From Eubacteriales bacterium (GTDB lineage Bacteria > Bacillota > Clostridia > Oscillospirales > CAG-272), in contig JAZLAO010000037.1 of NCBI GenBank assembly GCA_045613205.1, positions 14,851-78,850 of the forward strand: a DNA stretch of 64,000 nucleotides, written 5' to 3'. Both the position numbers and the translations under genes were made by a program. Below are positions 52,887 through 61,555 of the stretch, piece after piece (positions within the stretch are counted from its first letter, which is position 1; each line of letters begins with the position of its first letter). The notes beneath the pieces are model-generated. The model was not told the origin of the DNA, did not search any database, and saw nothing but the letters and a program-made list of their open reading frames with translations.

Positions 52887-54680
52887 TTATTTTGAAAGTC
52901 TCGCTTCAAGAGCCGCAAGCTCCTCATAGAATTCAGCAGGAACTCTGTCTCCTACCTGAGCATAGAATTCCTTGATTCCCTTACAGTCCTCAAGCCAGAG
53001 AGCCTTATCAACGGAAAGAAGGTCAGCAAGAGTTTCGCGGCTGATATCGAGTCCTTCAAGATTGATATCGTCGGGGTTTGGAACGTAACCGATAGGAGTT
53101 TCAACAGCTCCTACCTTGCCGTCGCAACGAGCAAGTATCCACATAAGAACACGCATATTATCACCGAATCCGGGCCAGATGAAGTGTCCTTCATCATCGG
53201 TTCTGAACCAGTTAACGTGGAAAATCTTGGGAGGATTTTTAACTATCTTGCCCATGTTAATCCAGTGTGCCCAGTAGTCACCCATATCGTATCCTACGAA
53301 GGGACGCATAGCCATGGGGTCGCGGCGAACTACGCCAACCGCACCTGCTGCTGCTGCAGTAGTCTCGGAAGCCATGATAGAGCCGATAAACGCACCATGC
53401 TGCCAGCCGGTCGACTGATATACGAGGGGCGCAGTCTTTGCACGGCGTCCGCCGAAGATGATTGCAGAAATCGGCACACCTGCGGGATCGTTGAATTTGT
53501 CGGAGAGACAGGGGCAGTTTGCAGCCATTGCTGTAAATCTGGAGTTGGGGTGAGCACCGGAGGTGTTAACCTTATCCGCCTTGTCGTACTTGGTGTAATC
53601 CCACTTTTCACCCTTCCAGTTAAGAGCGTTCTTGGGAGGATTGTTATCAAGACCTTCCCACCAAACAGTGTTGTCATCAAGATTGTGACAAACGTTAGTG
53701 AAAATGGTATCCTTCATTGCAGTGTGAAGAGCGTTGGGGTTGGAGTTTTCGTTAGTTCCGGGAGCAACGCCGAAGAAGCCGTTCTCGGGGTTAACTGCCC
53801 AAAGTCTTCCGTCCTGACCGACTCTGAGCCAAGCAATATCGTCGCCTACGCACCAGGTCTTATAGCCCTTCTTCTTATAAACTTCAGGGGGAATAAGCAT
53901 TGCAAGGTTTGTCTTACCGCATGCGGAGGGGAATGCCGCAGAAACATACTTAACCTCTCCTTCGGGATTCTCGATACCAAGAATGAGCATGTGCTCTGCC
54001 ATCCAGCCCTCTTTGCGACCGAGGTAGGAAGCAATACGGAGAGCGAAGCACTTCTTGCCGAGAAGAACGTTTCCGCCGTAACCGGAGTTAACAGACCAGA
54101 TTGTGTTACCCTCGGGGAAATGGCATATGTATCTGTTCTCCTCATCGATATCGGCTCTTGCGTGAAGACCCTTAATGAAATCAGCGCTGTCACCGAGAGC
54201 ATCAAGAACGTTAAGTCCCACTCTAGTCATGATAAGCATGTTAAGAACTACGTAGATAGAATCGGTAAGCTCAATTCCGTACTTTGCAAAGTCGGAGCCT
54301 ACAACCGACATGGAATAAGGAATTACGTACATGGGCTTATTCTTGTACGAGCCCTCGTAAAGCTTAGAAAGCTTTGCATAGCACTCCTTGGGGTCCATCC
54401 AGTTATTGATGTTTCCTGCATCCTCTTTTTTGCTTGTGCAGATGAAGGTTCTGTTCTCAACGCGTGCGACGTCGTTGATAGCAGTTCTGTGGAGATAGCA
54501 GTTGGGAAGCTTTTCTTCATTAAGCTTAAGAAGCTCGCCGTTAGCTATCGCTTCAGCTCTGAGAGCCTCAGCCTGCTTTTCTGTTCCGTCAATGAGAATG
54601 ATTTCAGAGGGCTTAACCATAGCAGCCATTTCACTAATCCATTCATTAACGAACTTGTTGTTGGTAACATTTGCGTTCAT
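52887..54680 (-). CDS. pckG: phosphoenolpyruvate carboxykinase (GTP)
   Basis: 597 aa. The kinase-1a loop is FPSACGKTN. Length and layout are GTP-type. Confidence 0.92.
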   Translation of the reverse strand: MNANVTNNKFVNEWISEMAAMVKPSEIILIDGTEKQAEALRAEAIANGELLKLNEEKLPNCYLHRTAINDVARVENRTFICTSKKEDAGNINNWMDPKECYAKLSKLYEGSYKNKPMYVIPYSMSVVGSDFAKYGIELTDSIYVVLNMLIMTRVGLNVLDALGDSADFIKGLHARADIDEENRYICHFPEGNTIWSVNSGYGGNVLLGKKCFALRIASYLGRKEGWMAEHMLILGIENPEGEVKYVSAAFPSACGKTNLAMLIPPEVYKKKGYKTWCVGDDIAWLRVGQDGRLWAVNPENGFFGVAPGTNENSNPNALHTAMKDTIFTNVCHNLDDNTVWWEGLDNNPPKNALNWKGEKWDYTKYDKADKVNTSGAHPNSRFTAMAANCPCLSDKFNDPAGVPISAIIFGGRRAKTAPLVYQSTGWQHGAFIGSIMASETTAAAAGAVGVVRRDPMAMRPFVGYDMGDYWAHWINMGKIVKNPPKIFHVNWFRTDDEGHFIWPGFGDNMRVLMWILARCDGKVGAVETPIGYVPNPDDINLEGLDISRETLADLLSVDKALWLEDCKGIKEFYAQVGDRVPAEFYEELAALEARLSK

Positions 54681-54830
54681 TTGAGTATATCTCCTTAAAT
54701 AAATTTATCGAATTATGCTATTTGTGAAGAAGCCAACTTCTCACGAATACATTATAACATATAACTTTGTTTTTTGCAATAAGAATTTATAGATATTTGA
54801 TAATTTTTGCTATTTTTTCGTTGTTTTCTC

Positions 54831-54994
54831 TGTCGACTCAGACTTTATACTAAAAAACAGCTTTTTGTTCCTTTTTGACGAAGCTTGAAAAATTGCGTTG
54901 TGATTTGGTAAATTTTACCATTTTACAGGTTTCATCTTTGTCAATTTTTTCGCTATTTTTACACTTGATTTTACATCGTCTTTTGTGGTAAAAT
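54831..54994 (+). promoter_or_regulatory. spo0A upstream control region (candidate 0A boxes and sigma-A-like promoter)
   Basis: TGTCGAC (54831..54837) and TGACGAA (54876..54882) approximate the 0A box TGNCGAA. The promoter is TTGATT (54965), 18-nt spacer, TGgTAAAAT (54989). A GGTAAA-t-TTTACC palindrome lies between them. Confidence 0.35.
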
Positions 54995-55052
54995 GTATTT
55001 GCTTGAAAAAATTACCAAAATTTTCCAGTAAAAGAAAAAAAGGAGAGATAAA

Positions 55053-55826
55053 ATGGAAAACAAAGTGAAAATTTTAATTTGTGACGAAAGCGATGATGAA
55101 AGAGCGCAGCTTATTGACAGTCTAAAGCGTGCCGGATACGCAAGATGCGACGAAGCGCGTGACGGAAGCACAGCACTTGAGATGATAAGCAAAAACACTT
55201 ATGATGCGGTTATTGTCGACCTCTGGCTTTCGAAAATAGACGGAATCGGAATAATCAGAGCTGCCTCGAAGCTCGATAAACCCGAAAAGCCCTCTATGAT
55301 ACTTATGTCCCCTATTAACAAGCAGTCTATACTTCTTGAGGCAACTGAATCAGGTGCCGACCTATGCATACCGAAGCCTTTTGATTTTTCAAGTCTCGTT
55401 TACCACATCGAAGCCATTTTAAAGGCGAAAAACAGGACAAGCACTGAAAAAGAATCAAGCGGTATTGCTGATATGGAAGCACAAGTAACAAAAATCATTC
55501 ATCAGATAGGCATTCCCGCGCATATAAAGGGATATCAATATCTGCGCACGGCTATACTTATGACTATCGACGATACCGATATCATCAATTCGGTAACAAA
55601 AATTCTCTACCCCTCAGTTGCTAAAAAGTATCAGACGACAACCTCAAGAGTCGAGCGCGCAATAAGACATGCAATTGAAGTCGCATGGGACAGAGGTGAC
55701 GTTGATACCCTCAATTCCTATTTTGGCTATACTATCCAAAACACCCGCGGAAAGCCTACCAACTCTGAATTTATAGCAATGATAGCAGATAATCTCCGTC
55801 TAAAGTATAAATATGCAATGGCATAA
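55053..55826 (+). CDS. spo0A: sporulation master regulator Spo0A
   Basis: A receiver domain is followed by the diagnostic Spo0A C-terminal domain: [14 protein letters not shown]...[15 protein letters not shown]...[13 protein letters not shown]. Confidence 0.95.
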   Translation: MENKVKILICDESDDERAQLIDSLKRAGYARCDEARDGSTALEMISKNTYDAVIVDLWLSKIDGIGIIRAASKLDKPEKPSMILMSPINKQSILLEATESGADLCIPKPFDFSSLVYHIEAILKAKNRTSTEKESSGIADMEAQVTKIIHQIGIPAHIKGYQYLRTAILMTIDDTDIINSVTKILYPSVAKKYQTTTSRVERAIRHAIEVAWDRGDVDTLNSYFGYTIQNTRGKPTNSEFIAMIADNLRLKYKYAMA

Positions 55827-55883
55827 AAAAAGAAAAAGGATAAAAGCCAACTTTCGCTTTTATCCTTTAAAAATATTACTGAA

Positions 55884-56486
55884 TTAAAAATAGCGTCTGC
55901 CTTCCATTGCGCGAAAAAGAGTAACCTCATCAGCATACTCTATATCACCGCCAACGGGAATACCGTATGCAAGTCTCGAAACCTCAACCTCGTACGGCTC
56001 GAGTATTCGAGCAAGATAGGCAGCTGTAGTATCACCGCCCGGTGTCGGATTTGTTGCTACGATTATTTCCTTAACACCGCCTGCCTTTACTCTTTCGACA
56101 AGCTCGGCAAAGGTAAGGTCGCCTGCGGTTACGTTATCAAGCGGGGAAAGAGCTCCTCCAAGAACGTGGTAAACTCCTCTGTACCCTCTGACCTTTTCCA
56201 TAACCATAACGTCCTTCGCGTCTTCAACGACACAGATTACCGAAGAATCTCTGTCCTCGTTTGCGCAGATTTCGCACTTGTCGGGAGAGGTAGAAAGTCC
56301 AAAGCACTGCGGACATTTATGAACGTCTCTTTTTAAACCGATAAGCGCATCGGCAAACCGAGCCGCGTCCTCGTCGGTAAAATCCAAAGCGGCAAAGGCA
56401 TATCGGGCAGCAGTTTTTGCTCCGACACCCGGAAGCCGTCTGAATTCCTCAATGAGCCTTTGAATAGGCGGAATATAATCTGCCAT
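55884..56486 (-). CDS. recR: recombination protein RecR
   Basis: The HhH segment is LPGVGAKTAAR, the zinc finger is CPQCFGLSTSPDKCEIC, and the Toprim domain begins ICVVED. Confidence 0.95.
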   Translation of the reverse strand: MADYIPPIQRLIEEFRRLPGVGAKTAARYAFAALDFTDEDAARFADALIGLKRDVHKCPQCFGLSTSPDKCEICANEDRDSSVICVVEDAKDVMVMEKVRGYRGVYHVLGGALSPLDNVTAGDLTFAELVERVKAGGVKEIIVATNPTPGGDTTAAYLARILEPYEVEVSRLAYGIPVGGDIEYADEVTLFRAMEGRRYF

Positions 56487-56489
56487 GGC

Positions 56490-56837
56490 TTAAAACATTC
56501 CGGGAAGTCCGATAGAGCCGGTTATCTTCTGCATTTCTTCAGAAGAAACTGCCTCGACCTTTTTTATTCCCTCGTTCACAGCGGCAACAATGAGATCCTC
56601 GAGAGTTTCTATATCGTCGGGGTCAACCACCTCGGGCGAAATATTGACAGAGAGAACCTCTTTTTTTCCGTTTATTTTAACCTTTACAACTCCACCGCCG
56701 GCAGAAACGTCGTATTCGCGAGCTTCAAGCTCAGCCTGCATTGCAGCCATATCCTCCTGCATTTTCTGCGCCTGCTTAAGCATTGACTGCATATTGTTAG
56801 GGCCGCCGCCCATTCCCTGTGGTAACCTTACTTTCAT
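56490..56837 (-). CDS. ybaB: YbaB/EbfC nucleoid-associated protein
   Basis: 115 aa. MQSMLKQAQKMQEDM...GGGVVKV. Conserved position between dnaX and recR. Confidence 0.9.
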   Translation of the reverse strand: MKVRLPQGMGGGPNNMQSMLKQAQKMQEDMAAMQAELEAREYDVSAGGGVVKVKINGKKEVLSVNISPEVVDPDDIETLEDLIVAAVNEGIKKVEAVSSEEMQKITGSIGLPGMF

Positions 56838-56859
56838 AATGATATACTCCTATACTTGA

Positions 56860-58431
56860 TTAACTGAATATTCCTTCAAATTCATTTGAGAGACTGCCCG
56901 AGTCGGCTTTACCCATTCCCTGAACGAGAACTGTAACGTCGTTTACATCCCTACCCTCTGCCTCGGCAATCACGCCGCGGAGAATTGCAAAATCCGACGC
57001 ATTAGAGGTTATCCTCGTAGCAAAGAAATCACTCATTTTAACGAGGAAGGTTCCGTCTCCCCGCGTATATGCAAGCGAGGACCCGAACTGACTTGAGAGC
57101 GAGCGTTTGAGCTCTCCGATACGCTCAACCACCGCCTGCCATTTGGTATAAGGCAAAAGCTCAGCCGTACCGGCGGACGCTGCTTCATTCGTTTTTTTCT
57201 CGTCTTTAAGTTCTGCCGATGCCGATTTCACTTCGCTTTTAGCGGCAGTCGGCTGAGGGGCGGGTATACCGAGTCGCATCATCGAAATTTGCTTTTCAAG
57301 CTCCTCTACTCTGAGTGCAAGCGCCTCTGCCGATACAACGAGCTTGGGGTCGCACATTCTCGTGAGTGCGATTTCCGCTATGCTTCGCTTGGAATTCACC
57401 GCGCGCTGCATATCCGCCATAGCACTTTCAAGAAGTGAGGTATGGTAAGAAAGCTTTGCCATAGAAAAGCTTTCCGCGATTTTCAAAAGTGTTTCGTGCT
57501 CGAGGTCGGTGAGATCAAGATAATGCTTTGCTTTATCTGTATTCTTTACCACCATTATATCTCGGTAAGAATCAATTATTTCCTGCCAGAAAACAGATAT
57601 ATCTCCGCTACTCATAACAACATCGCGCACGACGTCATATACAGTGCTGTAATCGGCACGGCTTACAGCCTCTATAAGCTTATAAACCGAGCCTCTGTCA
57701 CCTATTCCTATAGTTGATGCCACGAGAGCTGCATCAATATGAGCTCTTGAGCCGGCACAAAGTTCAAGAAGACTCACAGCATCACGCATACCGCCCCTTG
57801 ATGCTCTGGCAATAAGACGGGCACCGTCGTCACCGAGGTCTATGCCTTCGGCATTGGATATCTTTTTGAGCCTATCGATTATAATCTCAGAGCTCATTCG
57901 TCTGAAATCAAAGCGCTGACACCTTGAAACTATGGTTGTGGGAAGCTTGTTATACTCTGTGGTTGCAAGAATGAATATAACGTACGACGGAGGCTCTTCG
58001 AGCGTTTTCAGAAGCGCGTTAAACGCTGCGCCCGACATCATATGAACCTCGTCGATTATATAAACTCTGTATTTGAGCACTGCGGGGGTAAAGGTTATTT
58101 CGTCCTTCAAGCTGCGAACGTCACCTACACCGTTATTGCTTGCAGCATCCATCTCTATGACGTCTGTTGCAATTCCCGCATCTATCGAGCGGCAGGCTTC
58201 GCACTGATTACAGGGGTTTCCGTTCCTCGAGTCAAGGCAGTTTACTGCCTTTGCAAGAATCTTCGCACAGCTCGTTTTTCCCGTTCCGCGCGAGCCGCAG
58301 AAGAGATAAGCGTGAGAGATTTTGTCGTTCGAAACCTCGTATTTCAGGATATCGGTTATAGCTCTCTGACCGCAAACGTCATCAAAATCAAAGGGCCGCC
58401 ATTTTCTGTAAAGCGCCTTGTAATCGGACAT
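56860..58431 (-). CDS. dnaX: DNA polymerase III subunit gamma/tau
   Basis: GSRGTGKTS, a zinc module (CNQCEACRSI) and IIDEVHM. Confidence 0.93.
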   Translation of the reverse strand: MSDYKALYRKWRPFDFDDVCGQRAITDILKYEVSNDKISHAYLFCGSRGTGKTSCAKILAKAVNCLDSRNGNPCNQCEACRSIDAGIATDVIEMDAASNNGVGDVRSLKDEITFTPAVLKYRVYIIDEVHMMSGAAFNALLKTLEEPPSYVIFILATTEYNKLPTTIVSRCQRFDFRRMSSEIIIDRLKKISNAEGIDLGDDGARLIARASRGGMRDAVSLLELCAGSRAHIDAALVASTIGIGDRGSVYKLIEAVSRADYSTVYDVVRDVVMSSGDISVFWQEIIDSYRDIMVVKNTDKAKHYLDLTDLEHETLLKIAESFSMAKLSYHTSLLESAMADMQRAVNSKRSIAEIALTRMCDPKLVVSAEALALRVEELEKQISMMRLGIPAPQPTAAKSEVKSASAELKDEKKTNEAASAGTAELLPYTKWQAVVERIGELKRSLSSQFGSSLAYTRGDGTFLVKMSDFFATRITSNASDFAILRGVIAEAEGRDVNDVTVLVQGMGKADSGSLSNEFEGIFS

Positions 58432-58457
58432 ATAGCTGCCCTCCTTTTCCTTTATTA

Positions 58458-58488
58458 GTAAAAAAGCGTAAGCGAAAATCGCATACGC
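58458..58488 (-). terminator. hairpin terminator after the SRP RNA
   Basis: On the minus strand: GCGTATGCG-atttt-CGCTTACGC (one mismatch) followed by TTTTTT. Confidence 0.5.
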
Positions 58489-58493
58489 GCTTC

Positions 58494-58800
58494 ATTCAAT
58501 GTGTCGGAAAGAGCCATACTCCCCTCCGTCGAAATACCCTTACATACGGTAACCGCCACGTTTGCTCCGAACAGGCAACCTTGCGGCACATCCGATAAAC
58601 CGCTTAATGCTGCTTGGTTCCCCACCTGACATGGTTCACAGCCTCGAATTGCGCAAGACCAATTCTTCAACACAAACAATGACGGTGCAGTCTACACAAG
58701 AATAGCCCTCGGGAGAGGAAATAACCCCTGCTATAGCGGATTTCAGGTACAAGGCGCCGCTACCTCCCCGGCCGGTATGACTCCATCCGACACATTGAAT
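58494..58800 (-). ncRNA. ffs: signal recognition particle RNA (large Bacillus-type scRNA)
   Basis: The minus strand contains the domain IV core CAUGUCAGGUGGGGAACCAAGCAGCAUUAAG, with a GGAA tetraloop. The 5' end UUCAAUGUGUCGGA pairs with the 3' end UCCGACACAUUGAA. The position upstream of dnaX matches Firmicute synteny. End coordinates are good to about +/-10 nt. Confidence 0.88.
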
Positions 58801-58881
58801 TTCTGATTGAACACTAAATATTATACCAAAGATTTTAAAAAAATGCAATAGATTTCAGAATAATTAATTTTTTATTTAAAA

Positions 58882-59598
58882 TCAAATGAGATAACCGCCG
58901 TTTACGTTAAGAACTGCGCCTGTTATAAACGCCGCCCTGTCGCTTGCCAGAAACAACGCGCTTTCCGCAACCTCCTCGGGTGTGCCGATGCGCATAAGAG
59001 GGGTCTCATCCTTCAGGATGTTCATATCCTCCTCCGAAAGAGCCTTATTCATATCTGTGTCTATCACACCCGGAGCGATGCAATTTACGGTAATTTGCGA
59101 AGGTCCGACCTCCTTGGCAAGAGCCTTAGTCATGCCTATAACAGCTGCTTTTGCCGCTGAATAATGAACCTCGCAGGAAGAGCCGGTTATTCCCCACATA
59201 GAAGATATATTTATAATTCTTCCGCGCTTGTTTCGTATCATAGACGGCAAAACCTCTCTTGAATAAAGGAAAGCTCCCGTCACCGCAGTGTCAAATGTTT
59301 TTCTCCACTCCTCAATTGAAATATCAGTAAAGAGAGAAAATGAAGAAACAGCCGCGTTATTTATGAGTATTTCTACGTCCCCAAGCTTCTCTGCTGCTGA
59401 CTTTACAGCAGAGACAACCTCGCCCTCGCACGTAGAGTCCGCCTTTATCGCATAAGCACCGGTAGCCAAGGAAAGCTCCTCTGCCTCTCGCTCACTGCTT
59501 TTATAAGTAAAGGCAACCGAATATCCGCTCTCTGAAAAAAGACGCACCATTGCACGTCCTATTCCTCTTGAGCCTCCGGTTATCAAAACTGTCTTCAT
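58882..59598 (-). CDS. SDR-family oxidoreductase (3-oxoacyl-ACP reductase-like)
   Basis: TGGSRGIG, NNAA and the catalytic YSAAK. Confidence 0.8.
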   Translation of the reverse strand: MKTVLITGGSRGIGRAMVRLFSESGYSVAFTYKSSEREAEELSLATGAYAIKADSTCEGEVVSAVKSAAEKLGDVEILINNAAVSSFSLFTDISIEEWRKTFDTAVTGAFLYSREVLPSMIRNKRGRIINISSMWGITGSSCEVHYSAAKAAVIGMTKALAKEVGPSQITVNCIAPGVIDTDMNKALSEEDMNILKDETPLMRIGTPEEVAESALFLASDRAAFITGAVLNVNGGYLI

Positions 59599-59728
59599 AA
59601 CGCACACTCCAAAACCCTATTTAACACTTTAATTATATCATATTTTTCTGCTATGTCAAGGAATTTTCTTGACCTTTCAGAAGTTTAATATTATAATTGT
59701 ATTACGAAATACTACGAGGTCACATTCT

Positions 59729-60397
59729 ATGATACTTATTATAAGCAAAACAAAAAAGCTATCGGCTCCGCTTTCGGAAATGCTTCATTTCATGGGCATC
59801 CCATCTTACGCTGCCACGCCTACAGAAGCACTTTCAAAAATATCTCCTATTTTCAGCTGTGTTTTAATTGTCAACTCGGACTCGCTTGCCGACAAATCGG
59901 ATTACGCAGCAAGAATCCGCTCTTACTACCCTCTTCCTATTTTTGCTGTAAATAACACGGTGGACGAGCTCGACAAACTCATCTTTGACGGAGTATTCGA
60001 AAGCAACACTTACGCACCGAAAATTATTAGCAATATCATAAAATATGCCGAACAAAACGAGCTCAAAGCGCCGGGCGCATATAAGCTTGCGGGAATCAAT
60101 GCCTCGGTATATCTAAGCGCACCGCTCTATTTTGACAAGGTGATTCCTCTGACAAAAACCGAAGCTATGATACTTCGGGTGCTCACGTGCGCATATCCCG
60201 TACCGCTTAACGCAAAGACAATTTTAAGATATGCATTCCGCCAGACAAGACTGCCGGAAGAATCGAACGTAAGAACGCATATTTCAATAATGAACAAAAA
60301 ATTCCGTGAAATAACCGGCAGAAGTCTCACAGTCGCCTCTCCGAGCGAAGGATACCGAATTCTGACACCCGAGCTTATCGAAGCTGCAGCCAATTAA
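59729..60397 (+). CDS. atypical OmpR/PhoB-type winged-helix regulator with a degenerate receiver domain
   Basis: The C-terminus LTKTEAMILRVL...VRTHISIMNKKF...GYRIL is a trans_reg_C-like wHTH. The N-terminal ~110 aa are receiver-sized but lack the acidic DD pair (IISKTKK). The start is set at the first ATG, which has a GAGG RBS. Confidence 0.6.
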   Translation: MILIISKTKKLSAPLSEMLHFMGIPSYAATPTEALSKISPIFSCVLIVNSDSLADKSDYAARIRSYYPLPIFAVNNTVDELDKLIFDGVFESNTYAPKIISNIIKYAEQNELKAPGAYKLAGINASVYLSAPLYFDKVIPLTKTEAMILRVLTCAYPVPLNAKTILRYAFRQTRLPEESNVRTHISIMNKKFREITGRSLTVASPSEGYRILTPELIEAAAN

Positions 60398-60481
60398 ATT
60401 AAATAAGAAAGATGACAAGCCCCCTTTGCATATAATTTTAAAAGGTTAGTTTAGCCAAACTGACTATGCAAAGGGGGCTTT

Positions 60482-61183
60482 ATGTTTGAATTAAAAACCG
60501 TATTTTTACGATTCATCTCTCTGATACTGGGGCTTTCGACAAATCAAAACTTTCCTCCCGCACTTTCACACGCTGAGGAATCCGGACTGTTTGAAAAAAT
60601 GAGGAAGGGTGATGAGGCTGCAAGAGCAAAGCTTATAGAGCACAATCTTCGCCTGGTCTCTCACATCATAAGAAAGTATTACGCCTCGCACGGCGCACAG
60701 GACGAATTATTATCAATAGGAAGCCTCGGGCTCATAAAGGCAATAGATTCCTTTAAAAGCGAAAAGGGCACAAGATTTGCGACCTACGGCGCAAAATGTA
60801 TTCAGAATGAAATTCTTATGTATTTCCGTCAAAGCAAAAAAACTTCCGCTGAAATTTCAATTAACGAAACTATCGATATTGATAAGGACGGAAATCCTCT
60901 CACATACCTCGATATAATAAGTGTAGAAGACACAACCTGCGAGGATATTGAGCTTGAAATGCATATAAAAAAGCTTCGCGAGCTCGTTGACAAGGTACTC
61001 GTCGGACGGGAAAAAGAAATTATAATTTTGCGCTACGGACTTATGGGATATGAGCCCAAAACTCAACGCGAGGTCGCAAAGCATTTAAAAATTTCGCGCT
61101 CATACGTTTCGCGGATTGAAAAAAAGGCACTTTTAACGTTGCGTGAAAAATTCGGAGCTTTTTCTCCTGATTTTAATACATAA
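60482..61183 (+). CDS. sigK: sporulation sigma factor, pro-sigma-K type
   Basis: A hydrophobic pro-sequence is followed by NFPPALSHAEE. IEHNLRLVSHI, ATYGAKCIQNEILMYFR and ISRSYVSRIEKKAL match SigK rather than SigE. The gene is uninterrupted. Confidence 0.8.
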   Translation: MFELKTVFLRFISLILGLSTNQNFPPALSHAEESGLFEKMRKGDEAARAKLIEHNLRLVSHIIRKYYASHGAQDELLSIGSLGLIKAIDSFKSEKGTRFATYGAKCIQNEILMYFRQSKKTSAEISINETIDIDKDGNPLTYLDIISVEDTTCEDIELEMHIKKLRELVDKVLVGREKEIIILRYGLMGYEPKTQREVAKHLKISRSYVSRIEKKALLTLREKFGAFSPDFNT

Positions 61184-61264
61184 TTTTCCACAGTATAAAT
61201 TTAAAAGGCTGAGAAAAAATAAAAACGGACTAAGTCCACAATTATAAAGCCGAGGTTTTTTCAA

Positions 61265-61480
61265 ATGATAATAGACAAAATCGCGCTGATACTGGTTATC
61301 GTTGGCGCACTTAACTGGGGTGCTGTCGGACTGTTCTCCTTTGATGCTGTTGCCTGGATAAGCGGCGGTGTCACCACATTACTTGCAAGAATAATTTACA
61401 TTGCTGTTGCTCTTGCAGGTATCTGGTGCATTTCCCTTCTTTTCCGCGACAACGAAGAGGTAGCAAGAACACACGCATAA
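61265..61480 (+). CDS. DUF378-family small membrane protein
   Basis: 71 aa. LILVIVGALNWGAVGLFSFD is the DUF378 signature. Confidence 0.8.
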   Translation: MIIDKIALILVIVGALNWGAVGLFSFDAVAWISGGVTTLLARIIYIAVALAGIWCISLLFRDNEEVARTHA

Positions 61481-61507
61481 GAGAAATTGCTTTTTAAGCA
61501 AAAAAGC

Positions 61508-61546
61508 GAGAGGTATTGTGAAACACAGTACCTCTCTTGTAATTTT
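61508..61546. terminator. bidirectional hairpin terminator
   Basis: GAGAGGTATTGTG-aaa-CACAGTACCTCTC followed by TTGTAATTTT. It lies between convergent genes. Confidence 0.7.
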
Positions 61547-61555
61547 AATACTATA

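Noticed and set aside
57192-57198. An A7 run (GAG AAA AAA ACG) in dnaX as a possible programmed -1 frameshift producing a gamma subunit
   Set aside because: The heptamer is not in the X XXY YYZ register. The -1 frame stays open for more than 30 codons instead of terminating immediately, and I see no downstream stimulatory hairpin.
58455-58848. Two small minus-strand ORFs (74 and 70 aa) upstream of dnaX
   Set aside because: The region is the SRP RNA, as shown by the domain IV core and the 5'/3' terminal pairing. The ORFs are artefacts.
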